DNA of 64,000 bases, taken from Centroscyllium fabricii. Its lineage: Eukaryota. Location: contig JBNRSN020000005.1 in NCBI GenBank assembly GCA_051313645.2, positions 290,160,001 through 290,224,000 of the forward strand. Direction: 5' to 3'. A model generated the notes under the pieces. The model did no database searches. It saw nothing but the letters and a program-made list of their open reading frames with translations, and was not told where the DNA came from. Position 1 is the stretch's first letter; each line of letters opens with the position of its first letter. Position numbers and translations under genes: made by a program. This document shows positions 1-12,512 of this stretch, piece after piece.

Positions 1-552
1 TACGTTAATCGGTAATGATTAAAGTAACATCTCTTTTTCTGGGAATCATTTCCGTTTTTAACTAAATCTAGTAATACTTTCTATTTATTGAAACATAAAG
101 CACCTTTGGAGACATTTTTACTTGGATCTTACACATTGTCTACAGTATAGTATTGCTGCTACCTTGGGACCTGGCAGTTTTTTTTAATGAGAGCAATGGG
201 TTTTATTAATTCTAATTAACAGGAATGCATAGTTTAGAACCATGTGATTTTATTTCTGTTAGCAGAAACACAGCCAGCAGCCAGCAGATGATGTTTCTGT
301 TGTAATGGTCCTTTAGTGTCTCTGAAGTAGCAAATGGGTCACTTCAGCAGTATGAATGTCCCAGTTTGTTAATCCAACTGATTTTTTGTGGGATAATGGC
401 ACAACCTTAGTTGAAAAATCAGATTTAGCAGTGTATGTGCTGGTAACCTCCACTGAGAAATACAAGCAAAAGCTTTGATGGGGGAGGATGGCCTCCTTAT
501 ACTGCAATGGAGGTGGCATTGTTATTCATACTACGAACTTGGTCGCAACTAC

Positions 553-798
553 AAGAAACATAGAAACTAGGAGCAGGAGTAGGCCATTCGGCCCTTCGAG
601 CCTGCTCCACCATTCAATGAGATCATGGCTGATCATCCAAACCCAGCACCCCAGCCCTGCCCTCTCCCCAGATCCCTATCGAGCCTGCATCGACACGTAT
701 CCCACCCTATCCCCGTAACCCCACATATTCAATCCCCCTAACACTAAGGGTCAATTTATCCTGGCCAATCAACCTAACCCGCACATCTTTGGACTGTG
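553..798 (-). mobile_element. HE1-like V-SINE, 5'-truncated
   Basis: Matches the 3' half of full copies at 17980 and 31941; CR1-derived tail. Confidence 0.8.
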
Positions 799-856
799 TT
801 GAAGACCTGGTTGGAGGTCTGAAAGAAGTTGTATGATTTATAAGAGGATAAATGTA

Positions 857-1110
857 AAGTCCAAAGATGTGCGGGTTAGGTTGATTGGCCATGATAAATT
901 GACCCTTAGTGTTAGGGGGAATGAATATGTGGGGTTACGGGGATAGGTTGGGATATGTGTCTGTGCAGGCTTGAGAGGGATCAAGGGATACGGGCAGAAG
1001 GCAGGGACAGGGTACTGGGTTTGGATGATCAGCCATGATCTCATTGAATGGCAGAGCAGGTTTGAAGAGACGAATGACCTACTCCTGCTCCTATCTTCTA
1101 TGTTTCTATG
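857..1110 (+). mobile_element. HE1-like V-SINE, 5'-truncated, inverted relative to 553-798
   Basis: gtccaaagatgtgcgggttaggttgattggcc... ending in a tttctatg tail. Confidence 0.8.
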
Positions 1111-2222
1111 TATTAATATTATTATAAAGTAGTAACACATGATGTAGATGAATATGAAGAGATGTAGTACAATAGTGAACAATGTAGACGGAGATATATT
1201 GGCCAAGGATGTAGCAAGTCGTGGTTTAGATTGGACAGAGTTATACAAATTGAATTATAGATGTCATGATGGGAAAGAGTATTCTGTGAGAATTAAGCAA
1301 CCTGGTCAAATCATTGTGTCTCAATCCCCACTGCTCACACGTAAAGATAAACGTGTAAGAGAAAAGTTGTGCATAATAGGAGGGTAGTATAGAAGAGGAA
1401 TTCAACCTGAGATGCCTCTTGTGGATTACTGGAAAGTCTCAGTGGCATAAAAGTTGTGGGCAGAATGACCTTTACTAATAAATGGTTGACTGTCCCTGCA
1501 AGCCTTTGCGGGCCAGCTGGTAAATATACTTCAGTCACAACCTCTGCATGTAATACTCCAATATTATGCCCAGGTAGCTGACCTGTTGCATGATTGTGTG
1601 TATCCAGTGCCCTCTGTGTTTTTCATAAGTTTTCCTTTAAACTCCATTTTTTCAGGAATCCTTGGAGCACTGGTAAACCTGGATAAGTGGGCTGTTGACA
1701 CATTTAACTAAGATTACATCACTTTTTATTTCCATTTCCATTTTTGCTAAGATTACCAAAGACAGAAATGTTGGGCTTTGCTTTAAAATTGACTAGTTTC
1801 TGTGTTTCAGCTCTTGTGCCAAATATAGCTCCAATAACTAGCATCTAATTTCAGCAACATTTATATCGATGTATTAGTAATTCACATTCCTCGTTAGTTG
1901 ATACTCTTGAGGTAGTACAAATTTCATAGGTTACATCCCTGCAGGAACAACTAGTTTCAAAACCGATGATTTCTACTGACAGACAGCAGCAATTATCTTT
2001 GAAACTTTTATTACCAGATCATATCTTGCTGCATGGAATTGAATAAGTTCACTGTTTTTCCACCATAAAAGATTTAACCTTTTTACCACCAGTTTTATTT
2101 GTAATGCTTTTTAAATCTCCAGGAGCCCTCCTGGGTTGAATTTAAGCCAGAAGTAATGGCTAATCAAGTTTGAAACTTGTTGAGGGCACACATTACTCCC
2201 GGGTACACTTTATAGAGTCATA

Positions 2223-3143
2223 GGGCAGGAAATTCGTGAGCCCATGTTTTCGGCGCTAAATTGGTGCTGTGCTAAAAATTAGCACCGGCGCTAAATTAGC
2301 GCCGAGGCAGCCGATATTGCCGTTAGCACCGTCGTTGCAGATTTTGGCGCTAATTCACGTCTTGCACGGCTTCTAGGCGGCCAATAGCTTGCTGCTAATT
2401 GCCGTTCCCAGGCGCAGCGCTCCCTCACTAACTGCTTGCTTCCCCATGACCTCTGCAACCGATTAGGTCTTAAAGGGGAAGCAGAGCAGCATCTTTCCCT
2501 TCCCACGCTCTGATCAGCTGCCGACCGCGGGCCAGCTGCCGACCAGGGGCCTCCCTCCCCACCCCTCCTCGCTCTCTGATCAGCTGCCGATCGCAGGCCT
2601 CCCTCCTCACACTCTGATCAACTGGCCAATCGGGACGCCTCCCCCTCCTCCCCCATCAGCTGGCCGATCGGGATGCCTCCCCCTTCCGTTAGCAACTGGC
2701 CGATCGGGATGCCTCCCCCTTCCCTTAGCAACTGACCGATCGGGACACCTCCCCCTTCCCTTAGCAACTGGCCGATCGGGATGCCTCCCCCTTCCCTTAG
2801 CAACTGGCCGATCTCGGGCCGAAGAGGGAGGGTGGCCCTTTTAGCAGCACTGTAGCGGCCACTCAAACTCGCTGCGGCGCTTGCACAAGCTGGCGCTGAT
2901 AGCGCGGGGGGCGGTGGAAAGGCGCTAAAGCCAATATCGGCGCAGCCCGCCAGGGGGGCATTGCACACGCATTGTCACGATGATTCGTGATCGCCAAGTG
3001 GCGCTGCGCTAACGTTTAGCGCCGGCGCTATTCACTAGGCCAATTTAGCGCCCGGCGCTAATTTTGGCGCTAGGTCGGCGCCAGCCCATTGGGACTGATT
3101 TTTGGCGCTAATGGGCCGGCGCTAAGGCGCCAATTTTGCAGCC
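2223..3143. mobile_element. GC-rich non-autonomous DNA transposon, PIF/Harbinger-like
   Basis: Imperfect TIRs; 3-bp TSD ATA; many subterminal GGCGCTAA/TTAGCGCC motifs; internal 36-bp tandem repeat (about 2615-2812); inserted in the tail of a CR1. Confidence 0.6.
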
Positions 3144-3700
3144 ATAGAGTTATACAGCACAGAAAGAGGCCCTTCAACCCATCGTGTCTGCGCCATCCAT
3201 CAAGCCCTGACTATTCTAATCCCATTTTCCAGCACTTGGTCCGTAGCCTTGTATGCTATGGCATTTCAAGTGCTCATCTAAATGCTTCTTGAATGTTGTG
3301 AGGGTTCCTGCCTGATTTCCAGATTCCAACCACCCTCAGGGTGAAAAAGTTCTTCCTCAAATCCCATCTAAACCTCCTGCCCCTTACCTTGAAACTATGC
3401 CCCCTGGTTATTGACCCCTCTACTAAGGGAAAAAGTTCCTTTCTATCTACCCTATCTATGCCCCTCATAATTTTGTACACCTCAATCAGGTCCCCCCTCA
3501 GCCTTCTCTGCTCTAAGGAAAACAATCCCAGCCTGTCCAGTCTCTCTTCATAGCTGAAGCGCTCCAGCCCAGGTAACATCCTGGTGAATCTCCTCTGCAC
3601 CCTCTCCAAAACAATCACATCCTTCCTATAGTGCGGCGACCAGAACTGCACACAGTATTCCAGCTGTGGTCTAACTAGCGTTTTGTACAGCTCCATCATA
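3144..3700 (-). mobile_element. CR1-type LINE 3' fragment
   Basis: LYKTLVRPQLEYCVQFWSPHYRKD...RRLRGDLIEVYKI. Confidence 0.9.
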
Positions 3701-4576
3701 ATTGGCAGTGGGAGGGCGGTGCCCTGTGAGGATAGATGTGGAAGCGGAGCCATTGGGCTGGATTTTCATTCTGCAGGCGTGTAGGAGGTTTTTGAAGCCT
3801 GTTTTGCTGGTATAAATGTAATGGCAATGCAATGAGGAATTAGTGTGAAGAACTAGATATGGGAGGTGGCATGCTATTGCTTGGAGCCTGGAGTTTCCCT
3901 TTTAAATAATATATTTTTTTGTTTCAAACTCCTAGCATTTTAACAATTTAAAAAAAGACTTCCCTTTCTTTTAAGGAGGATATATGCAGTGCATTTACAG
4001 AAATCTGTGAAAATTGTACAACCTCAGATAATAAAAGCAAATTTCCTCCTATACCGATGTAGTAAATATCAGTCATCAAAAGAACAGGTATTGCTGATCT
4101 CTCAAGTCATGCAAAGCTGTATCCTACCAGATTCAACTTTGCATAATATTGATCACTCTTTCAGCTATGTCCTGCTGTCTCTCCCGTTCTTATATATGTC
4201 TGCAGCACAGTGGTGAGAATATTATTTTTTTTGAGTTTATTCTAAATTTGAGATGTATATCAGCAGCTACAAGCTTTATGGGGGGAGGGAGGATGAAGGA
4301 GAGAAATGGAGTAACCCAAACTAATTATTAATAAAGAGAAAATAGGTCAACATCCCATTAGATAACGCAGAATAGCACTGTCTCAAAAATAACAGTATAG
4401 TACCTGAGGCAGTCAACAATAATGCCAAAAGATCATATAAAGTAAGACGAGACATTATGGCAATAGTCTTAAGGAGGAAAACTATAAGAGACTTATTTAG
4501 ACTTGATTTTGGAAGGAATAGTTAGGACCAGAAGAACACTGGGGAACACTGAGGCTGTTTTTAATATATCAAGCAC

Positions 4577-4769
4577 CAATGTTCCCGCTAAATGTTCTTT
4601 GTACTGGGCGAGCAGCAAACTCCTCAGAGCACTAGTTTCTTGTCCCTGGGTTTACATTTAAAGCACACTTATTAACTGATGAAGTTGTGAGCGGCCTGTT
4701 TATTTCAATGTGTGGTACATTCCAGATTGTTGCCCGTCCGCACATACGCGCATCTTAAAAGGAACATTG
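4577..4769. mobile_element. hAT-like MITE
   Basis: TIRs CAATGTTCC / GGAACATTG; degenerate 8-bp TSD TCAAGCAC/TCCAGCAT. Confidence 0.6.
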
Positions 4770-5013
4770 TCCAGCATCCCAGCTAAGATTGACTAACCCC
4801 ATAGATCAGAGAAATCTAGGACACAACTGATTTCTGTGCTTCACTACTGCTCTATGCCTTTAGCCAGTGACCTATTAGAAGAGCTATCCGAGCTGAAGAA
4901 ATTAGTGTCTTGGCTTATGGCCATCCATTTTATTCCATATGTAATATCCAGGTGTGTACGCACACTAAATCTATATATGTAAATACATATTGACATACAT
5001 CCATGCAGATGTA

Positions 5014-5310
5014 TCATAGAATCCCTACAGTGCAGATAGAGGCCATTTTGGCCTATCGAGCCTGCACCGACACATATCCCACCCTATCCCCGTAACCCCA
5101 CATATTTTAATCCCCCTAACACTAAGGGTCAATCAACCTAACCCGCACATCTTTGGACTGTGGCAGGAAACCGGAGCACCTGGAGGAAACCCACGCAGAC
5201 ACGGGGAGAATGTGCAAACTCCACACAGATAGTACCCGAGGCCGGATTTGAACCCGGGCCCCTGGCACTGTGAGGCAACAGTGCTAACCACTATGCCACT
5301 GTGCCGCCCT
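5014..5310 (-). mobile_element. HE1-like V-SINE with a variant tail
   Basis: tRNA-like head with A/B boxes, V core GGGTTTCCTCC..GTGCTCCGGTTTCC; same tail variant at 23926-24207. Confidence 0.8.
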
Positions 5311-5467
5311 ACAGGTCAAGGGTTTATTAATTAATGCCTTGTTTCTTCTGAAACTATTTAACTTTGTTTCTATAAGTGTCCGGTCTTGCCTGACCAACCA
5401 TACTATAGTGAAGCATCCTGCTGGAAGGCAGTGGTGCCCTGATTGTTTCCTTTATTATCTTTTGTAG

Positions 5468-5661
5468 ATCCCCCAGTGGTGTGCGGAACATTGTCTTTCT
5501 TCCAAGTACCAGCATGGGGTTGTAGTGTGCACACAGACGCATAAGCAGACGGCTGTCGGCCTTGCTCTCCGCGTGGCAGACGAGATGGATGTCAACATAG
5601 GGCATGAAGTGGGCTACATAATTCCATTTGAAAACTGCTGCGCCAATGAAACTATCCTGAG
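5468..5661 (+). CDS. DHX32: DHX32 (DEAH-box helicase 32) internal coding exon; earlier exons lie upstream of the window
   Basis: tag|ATC...CTG AG|gt; encodes [65 protein letters not shown], matching recalled vertebrate DHX32; phase joins the next exon. Confidence 0.93.
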
Positions 5662-7109
5662 GTCTGTGTGCTTGCATCTACTTCTGGTGACCCTTGCAAA
5701 ACCGTCACTCAAATGCAAATAGGAAACAATATTTAAGAGGCCTGCAGCTGCAAGTCCCTCTTCAAGCAACTGACGCCATATGCTGCTCCTTATCATTTAC
5801 ATTACTCTTTACAAGAATTGACAATAGAATGTAATGATAGTGACAGGACAAAGAAAAAGGAGTAGAGTGAATAAGATGAGCTGTAGGCGAGCAAGATAAA
5901 AGGATATTTGAGTGAAACAACATTTAAACAAAGGACTAGAGACAAATTAACACCAAAATAGTAAATGAAGTGTTTCATAAATACTGATTAAAAGTAATTT
6001 TATACACATTTTCTCACGCAAACTTTAATTAACTAAAGCCATAGGATAAATACTTGTAAAAAATAACTGTAAGTGATACTTAAGTGCAAATAACTTTTAC
6101 TTACATAAGGTCTGATGTAGACATTATGGAGGGATTGCTGAACAACACCCATGCTGCACACATGCACACAGTAGATGCTTAGAACTTTAGAAAGCAAATG
6201 AACAGTTGGGGGAGGGTCACCACTTAAATATAACAATGCCAACACTATCCCCATGCAATGCCTATGGTTTGTACTTTCATATTTTAATCTGTGACTACTG
6301 TCTTTTTCTATTTTAGATATATATATATATATATATATATGTATGTTTATGTTTATGATATCTAAATGGAATATCATAATGCAGAAATTCAAGAACATTT
6401 ATAACAATTTAATTTTTTTCTTCCTCACTTTTACATTCGAACACACTATTATTCCCTGCCTGACAAAGCAGGAAGTCTCCTTGATCACCGATTTCTGCTT
6501 TCAACCTGCTACTAGGGATGAACGAGAGGAGCCTTGTGGAGCATCTTCTCTGCCTTCCTGGGGAAGAGCTGAGTCTCCAATCCATAGGGCTGAAATATAT
6601 TTTGGGCTAAATGCAAAATAGAGCTGTCCGTGCTCTGCACTCCCATTGCACAGTTCCATTTCTCACACCAGCGATCTTTAAAACCCCTAAGTAATAATGC
6701 CAAATTGTGGTCCATTACTCGCTAGGTACAGTATTGGATTCAGCATGTCAAATTTCATTTCGCATATGACCAAAGGTCAACAGGGAGAGTAGACTTTCAA
6801 CCTATCAGTCTGGGCTGGAGTCTAACTCAAGTCTCAAAGGTGAACGGGAGCTGTGTCATCCACTGCTCAACAGAACATTCCCTAATTCACAGTTTCCTTT
6901 AAATTTAAAACTCATTATAATTTTTACTTAAAAAAAAATCTACTGCAGTCCTCACAGGTTTAAAAGGTATGCATGTGGGGTGAGGGAAGGGGCTCTATTG
7001 TAGGGAAAAACAAATTAAGTAAAAGTCTGAGTAACTTTTAACCTATTTCTTTTTTCCTTTAAGCGAGCTCAGATCGAGACAGCTAAATAACAGTATCTTA
7101 ATGTTATAG

Positions 7110-7494
7110 GTACAGCACAGATGATATGCTACTGCAGGAGATGATGTCAGACCCTCTACTGGAACACTATGGAGTTATCATCATTGATGAAACTCACAAA
7201 AGAACTGTTTCTACAGATGTGCTACTGGGTCTTCTGAAAGACATTGTGAGACAGAGGCCAGAACTAAAAGTCGTAATAATAACCTCCCCTCATATTTCGA
7301 ATAAACTGCACACCTATTTTGGCGATGTTCCTCTAATACGAGTGGAGAGTGAAGAGCACAGTGGATGTCCAGTTGAGGTTGTTTACAGTTGCATGCCTCA
7401 AGAAAACTATTTCCTACCTGCACTTAGGCTGTTGTTTGAGATTCATCAGACAAGGGAGAAGGGAGATGTTGCAATTTTTCTATCCTGTAAAAAG
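7110..7494 (+). CDS. DHX32: DHX32 coding exon with helicase motif II (IIIDETH)
   Basis: ag|G TAC AGC ACA GAT GAT ATG...AAA AAG|gtaag; YSTDDMLLQEMMSDPLLEHYGVIIIDETHKRTVSTDVLLGLLKD. Confidence 0.95.
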
Positions 7495-8166
7495 GTAAGC
7501 TCATTGCTTGCATCTTTTACAATATATTCCTCCTAATAATGCAATATAGAACAGTTGGTGAATGCACAACTCGCATGTCAGCTAAGAACAACCAAAGAAC
7601 TCTTGAGCCGTCTCATGGGTTGTGAATAACTGAGACAAACTACATATTCCAATGCTTGCCTTTTTGTTTAAAATAATAATTACATGTGTATATATTTTCA
7701 CTCGAAGCAACAGCTTCAGATACAAGGTTAGTATGTAATACTTTTTTTTGTAAATGACCTGAAATGTTTAGATGGCGCTGTAATGAAGCTGTAGCCTTTT
7801 CTGATAGTCAGTGTACTTATTTTATACCCTTTACAAAAATTTTAAGTCAATAATGTGCATTATTTTGATATGTTTTAAAGGTAGGCTGACGATGTGAATT
7901 CTGGAATTCAGTAGTTTTCTACTGAAAACTTTAAGTATTTGATATATTACTAGGCCAAGTTCATCAATTGTTAATCATTTGTTCCAGCTTTGAAATGGCA
8001 CCCATTGTCTTGGTATCTACAGTATGTGATCTTGATACAATATCCATTGTATGTGTCCACTGTGTAGTAGCACAGCACAGTATCTTGGGGCCAGGAGGAA
8101 CCCCCATCAAGCTACAACATCCATGATCTACTTTTAGGGCAGTGAAAGGAAAGACATAGTTAAATA

Positions 8167-8490
8167 CAGGAAACTCTTTTTTATCTGACACCGACAGGTC
8201 CGGCGTGGTGCCGGTTTATCAAAAAGTCCAGATTACAGAGAGGTATTGTTAAAAGGTACGAGAGGCCACAAACTCAGGCTTGCCTGTTGCTTAGCAACAG
8301 GTGCAAGATTGACTGCAATAAATCCAGGCTTCCCTGTTGCTTAGCAACAGGTGCAGGAATCTGATTACACAGCCACAGATCCAGGAACAGCCACTAATAT
8401 GAAGTAAAACTTACTTGAATCTACTCCTGAATTTTACCAGTTCATAGAGAATTCTGGATATTTAGGTGCCATTTAAATGAGAATTTCCTG
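8167..8490. mobile_element. Tc1/pogo-type MITE (related partial copy at about 25935-26160)
   Basis: TA|CAGGAAACTC...GAGAATTTCCTG|TA. Confidence 0.6.
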
Positions 8491-8559
8491 TAGCATCTTA
8501 TGTAGGTAAATGCAGCAACTATTTTGTGCACATCAACATCCCATAAATGGCAATAAGTG

Positions 8560-9050
8560 GAATTCCTGTCCCAGCACCATAAACTCTGGAGTCCCCTAAG
8601 GACTTATCCTTGGCTCCCACCTCTTCCGTACCTATATGCTACCCCATGGTGATACCATGTGAAGAAATGGGGTCAGGTTCCACATGTATGCTGCCAACAC
8701 CCAGCTCTACCTTTCTTGACCTTTCCACCACCTCTGTCATTAGCCTGCTTGTCTGACATCCAGTCCTGGATGAGCCGCCACGGCCCGGCTACTGTCTCGG
8801 TTTAAATCAGATGCTTGCAATCTCGGTGTCCTATTTGACCCCAAGCTGAGCTTCTGACCTATATCATCACTCCTGCCTCAGCCCATCTGCTGTTGAAACT
8901 CTCATCAATGCTTTTGTCATGTCCAGACTCAACTATTCGATTGCTCTCCTACCATCCTCCACCCTCCGTAAGCTTCATCTCCTCCAGCTCTCTGCTGCCC
9001 GTTTTCTAAGCCACAGTAAGTGCCGTTCACCCATCACCCCTATTCTGATT
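8560..9050 (+). mobile_element. Old L2-like LINE remnant
   Basis: Decayed RT motifs (ggagtcccctaagg, cacatgtatgctgcc, acccagctctac); a similar older remnant lies at about 24210-25200. Confidence 0.55.
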
Positions 9051-9755
9051 TCCATTGATAGTCTTGATTCTTTTAAATGAAAATTAGGTAGATTTCTTTC
9101 AGGAAATAATATTTTGGTATATAGTGTATTTGTAATTTAAAACATGATGTGGTAAGTGTAGCATGCTCGGGAGGAACAGGTGACTTTGGACTTATGGTTC
9201 CCAAAGTGTTCCACCACTGGGTATTTTCCTCACCTCATGTCTGGGTCTGTTGTAGATTCATTGATAGAGATTGATTGCAGTGATTAGTCAACAACTCCAC
9301 TATTTTATCATGGATGGTAGAAGGGAAACGAGATGGACCTTGGTCATTTTTCATCTAGCAATTCCTAAGTATCCTGAATAGATCAAATATAAGGCTTAAT
9401 AATTTATTCACTGGCCAGATTCTAAACTGTATCTTACAATTTGTTCTGTGGTATATTAAGCACCATACATTCATCTACTTGTTTGAACAGAAGCTTCTCT
9501 ACTTAAAAAAAAAATCAAACACAAACTCTGACCGTCTCGTCACAATGACATTGGTGGATGTACTGCCACTGATAGTTTGAGGGACATAAATACCAAACTT
9601 CCTTGAGTACTCTGCCATAACAACTTTCTATTGCATTTTTTCAGCTCCCTTTGCTGTTGACCTAAGGAGCCCCTCCCAGATTGTCCTGTCCCAGAGATGT
9701 CATCAGGACTTGCTAGTAAAACATCGCACATGTGCGTTCTTTAAGTCAGTCTTTT

Positions 9756-9793
9756 TCACCTGAGGAAGGAGCAGAAGCTCCGAAAGCTTGTGA
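9756..9793 (+). ncRNA. Minimal type I hammerhead ribozyme motif (same family), sense in a DHX32 intron
   Basis: UCAC-CUGAGGA-A-GGAGC-AGAA-GCUCC-GAAA-GC-UU-GUGA. Confidence 0.7.
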
Positions 9794-10387
9794 TTTAAAA
9801 TAAAACCGTTGGACTATAATCTGGTGTTGTGTGACTTCTTGCATTAGTAAAACAAAGATATTCAAAAAATGTCTTATTCCAAGAAATGTCATATTTATAA
9901 TGTACTTCTGAGGTTTACTGTTCAATTTTATATCTTCTGTTACAGTTGCCATTTTTTCTTCTGCCATTATGACTGGGTACAGTTTCAGAAGTGCCACTGG
10001 TGCTTTAGTACCTTTTAAGTGACCATTCTTCATTTGTGAGCCTTAACAGTGTTGTTAGACTTTCTAACCATGGAACATGATAACTATGCTCAATCTGTAC
10101 ATGTATGTACTTTCAGCAAGGGTCACTGTAAGGCAGATGGAACAGTAGCATTTTTGTTTGTCTTCCAGTAAATCCACCAATGGTATTGTGACTGGACAGT
10201 TACAAAAAAATGTTCAAATGTAAAACTGATGAGCCCGGAACATTAGTCAGTCTTGTGTTACAGGCCGTAGATCAAACCTGGAATCTTTGCGGTCTGTTTG
10301 ATTGACAGTCTGATCTTTTATAAGGATGCAAAATTAATTTTTGCTCTAAGTTATCAGAATTTACATGACATATTTATATACCTGCAG

Positions 10388-10633
10388 GAAATTGATGAGG
10401 CGTACAGTATAATCAGACGAGAAGCTTCCAAACTGCACCCAATGCTGGGAGAGCTAGTGCCAATTCCCTTTTACCCAGAACAAAGTAGGTCCGTTGACAG
10501 ATCAAGTGATATGTTGGAGAAGAACTCCAAACGGTACAAAAGGAGGGTGGTGTTGACCACCAGTGTGGGAGAGTCCTTACTCTGCATAGAGAATGTGAAG
10601 TTTGTCATTGATGTGGGCATGGAGAGAAGGAAT
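10388..10633 (+). CDS. DHX32: DHX32 coding exon
   Basis: cag|GAA...AAT|gtaagt, phase 0/0; EIDEAYSII...RRVVLTTSVGESLLCIENVKFVIDVGMERRN. Confidence 0.93.
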
Positions 10634-11025
10634 GTAAGTACACCACTTCTAGAGTTGACTTTGTTTAATAAGTGCATATTAAAAGTATGACCATTGTATT
10701 CCAAAGTATAGAACATTACACAGTGGCAGTTGTTTACAAACTTATTCAGGCCAAGAAATTCTCATATTCTCTTGCACCAGAGCACAAAAGAGAACCTAGG
10801 AGGTCAGCACAAAGTAGAACCAGAGGAAGAGCATACACAGATAGATGTTCTCTCAGCTTCCTTTCCCCAAACCCTTCATCGCAGCTGGATGTTTGCGCCC
10901 TTCTTTTCCGCAACCACACAACTTTATCTTTATATGCAGAAACAGCCTGGTTCTGTTACTTTTTACAATGTTTTTATCGAGTTCTCAAGTGTACATTCAC
11001 TTGTTCTCTATCTCTGGAGTCAAGT

Positions 11026-11495
11026 GGGGAGGTGGTGGCGTAGTGGTTATGTCACTAGACTAGTAAGCCAGAGGCTCAGTCAAATGCTCTGAGGATATGG
11101 GTTCAAATCCCACCACGGCAGCTGGTGGAATTTAAATTTAATTCTGGAATTAATGTTAGTCTTTGTAATGGCGACCATGATAGCATTGTCGATTGTTGCA
11201 AAACCCCATCTGGTTCACTAATGTCCTTTAGGGAAGGAAATCTGCCGTCCTTACCTGGTCTGGCCTACATGTGACTCCAGACCCACAGCAATGTGGTTGA
11301 CTCTTAATGCCCTCTGAAATGGCCTAGCAAGCCACTCAGTTATAAAACAACCGCTACGAAAAACAATAAGACTGCAGCGGTTCAAGAAGGTGGCTGACCA
11401 CCATCTTCTCAAGGGCAATTAGGGATGGGCACTAAAAGCAGGTCTAGCCAGCCAGCGACACCCACATCCCATCAATGAATTAAATTTAAAAAAAA
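11026..11495 (+). mobile_element. tRNA-headed SINE of a third family
   Basis: A box GTGGCGTAGTGG; B box GGTTCAAATCCC; 3' tail repeated at about 33127-33240; A-rich end. Confidence 0.7.
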
Positions 11496-12317
11496 TTCAC
11501 ATATATATTTTATGAAACCATTATATTTATTGTTTGCAGTGCTTGGAGGAAAAATGCATCAAGATGTATCAAGTTTCTTAGCATGACTATGCTTGTGAAG
11601 TCAAGGGATTGTTTGTTCTCTATCTCTGGAGTCAATTAGAAAAGAAGGGGACTGCTTACTAACTGACGTGTTGATTTGGGGTTGTTGTCCTTCACTGTCG
11701 ATGGGTGAGCTGCTGTGCTTGGCAGGAATGGGGAGGGGGGCGGCGGTACAAATAGGCCTCGGGCTGCTTGGCATTCCTTGTTCTGATTTGAGATTTGTTC
11801 TTTAGCCACATTTGTTTTGGGGAGGACGGCACTTTAAAAAAAATTAAAAAAATTATAGCTTTTTTTCCTTTTGAGTATATTTTTTTGAGGATTCATAAAA
11901 ATTGTATGGTTTGAATTGTTTAAAACTGTTGGGGTGCGGAGGGGTGTGGGCCGATGGGACGGTGAAGCAGGAGAACAGCAGAGGTTCAGTCCAGGTCCAA
12001 GTGGATCAACTGCAGGGCTGTGCTGCTGCAGCCAGAGCCCGTGTGTGAGTGATTGATCAGAAATTCAAGCTCCACGTGGAGATATAGATTGAGATGGGGA
12101 AACAAATATTGTAGCATTCTGCTGAGACTAACATCCAAACAAGGGAGGGGCATGCTCCAATTTCAAACAATTTCTCATAAAAGTCTTTGTTCAATTTACA
12201 TATATCCCGATGTATGAAAATCTCGATGGATCTTTAAAAAAAAGCCCTTGATCCAGGTGTGTCAACCCTTGCACCTCACTGATACAGGTTCAAGCCCCGA
12301 AGTTTGAAAACAACTGT

Positions 12318-12512
12318 GATGTAGAGGTGCTGGTGTTGGACTGGGGTGGACAAATGTAAGAAGTCACACAACACCAGGTTACAGTCCAACAGTTTTATTT
12401 GAAATCACAAGCTTTCAGAGAGCAGCTCCTTCATGAAGGAGCAATGCTCCGAAAGCTTGTGATTTCAAATAAAACTGTTGGACTATAACCTGGTGTTGTG
12501 TGACTTCTTACA
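12318..12512. mobile_element. Penelope-like fold-back fragment
   Basis: Inverted arms meeting at CTTCATGAAG; flanked by the direct repeat TGAAAACAAC. Confidence 0.65.

Noticed and set aside
12405-12463. Hammerhead in the 12.4 kb fold-back
   Set aside because: The inversion point removes the CUGA start and the 5' strand of stem I on both arms
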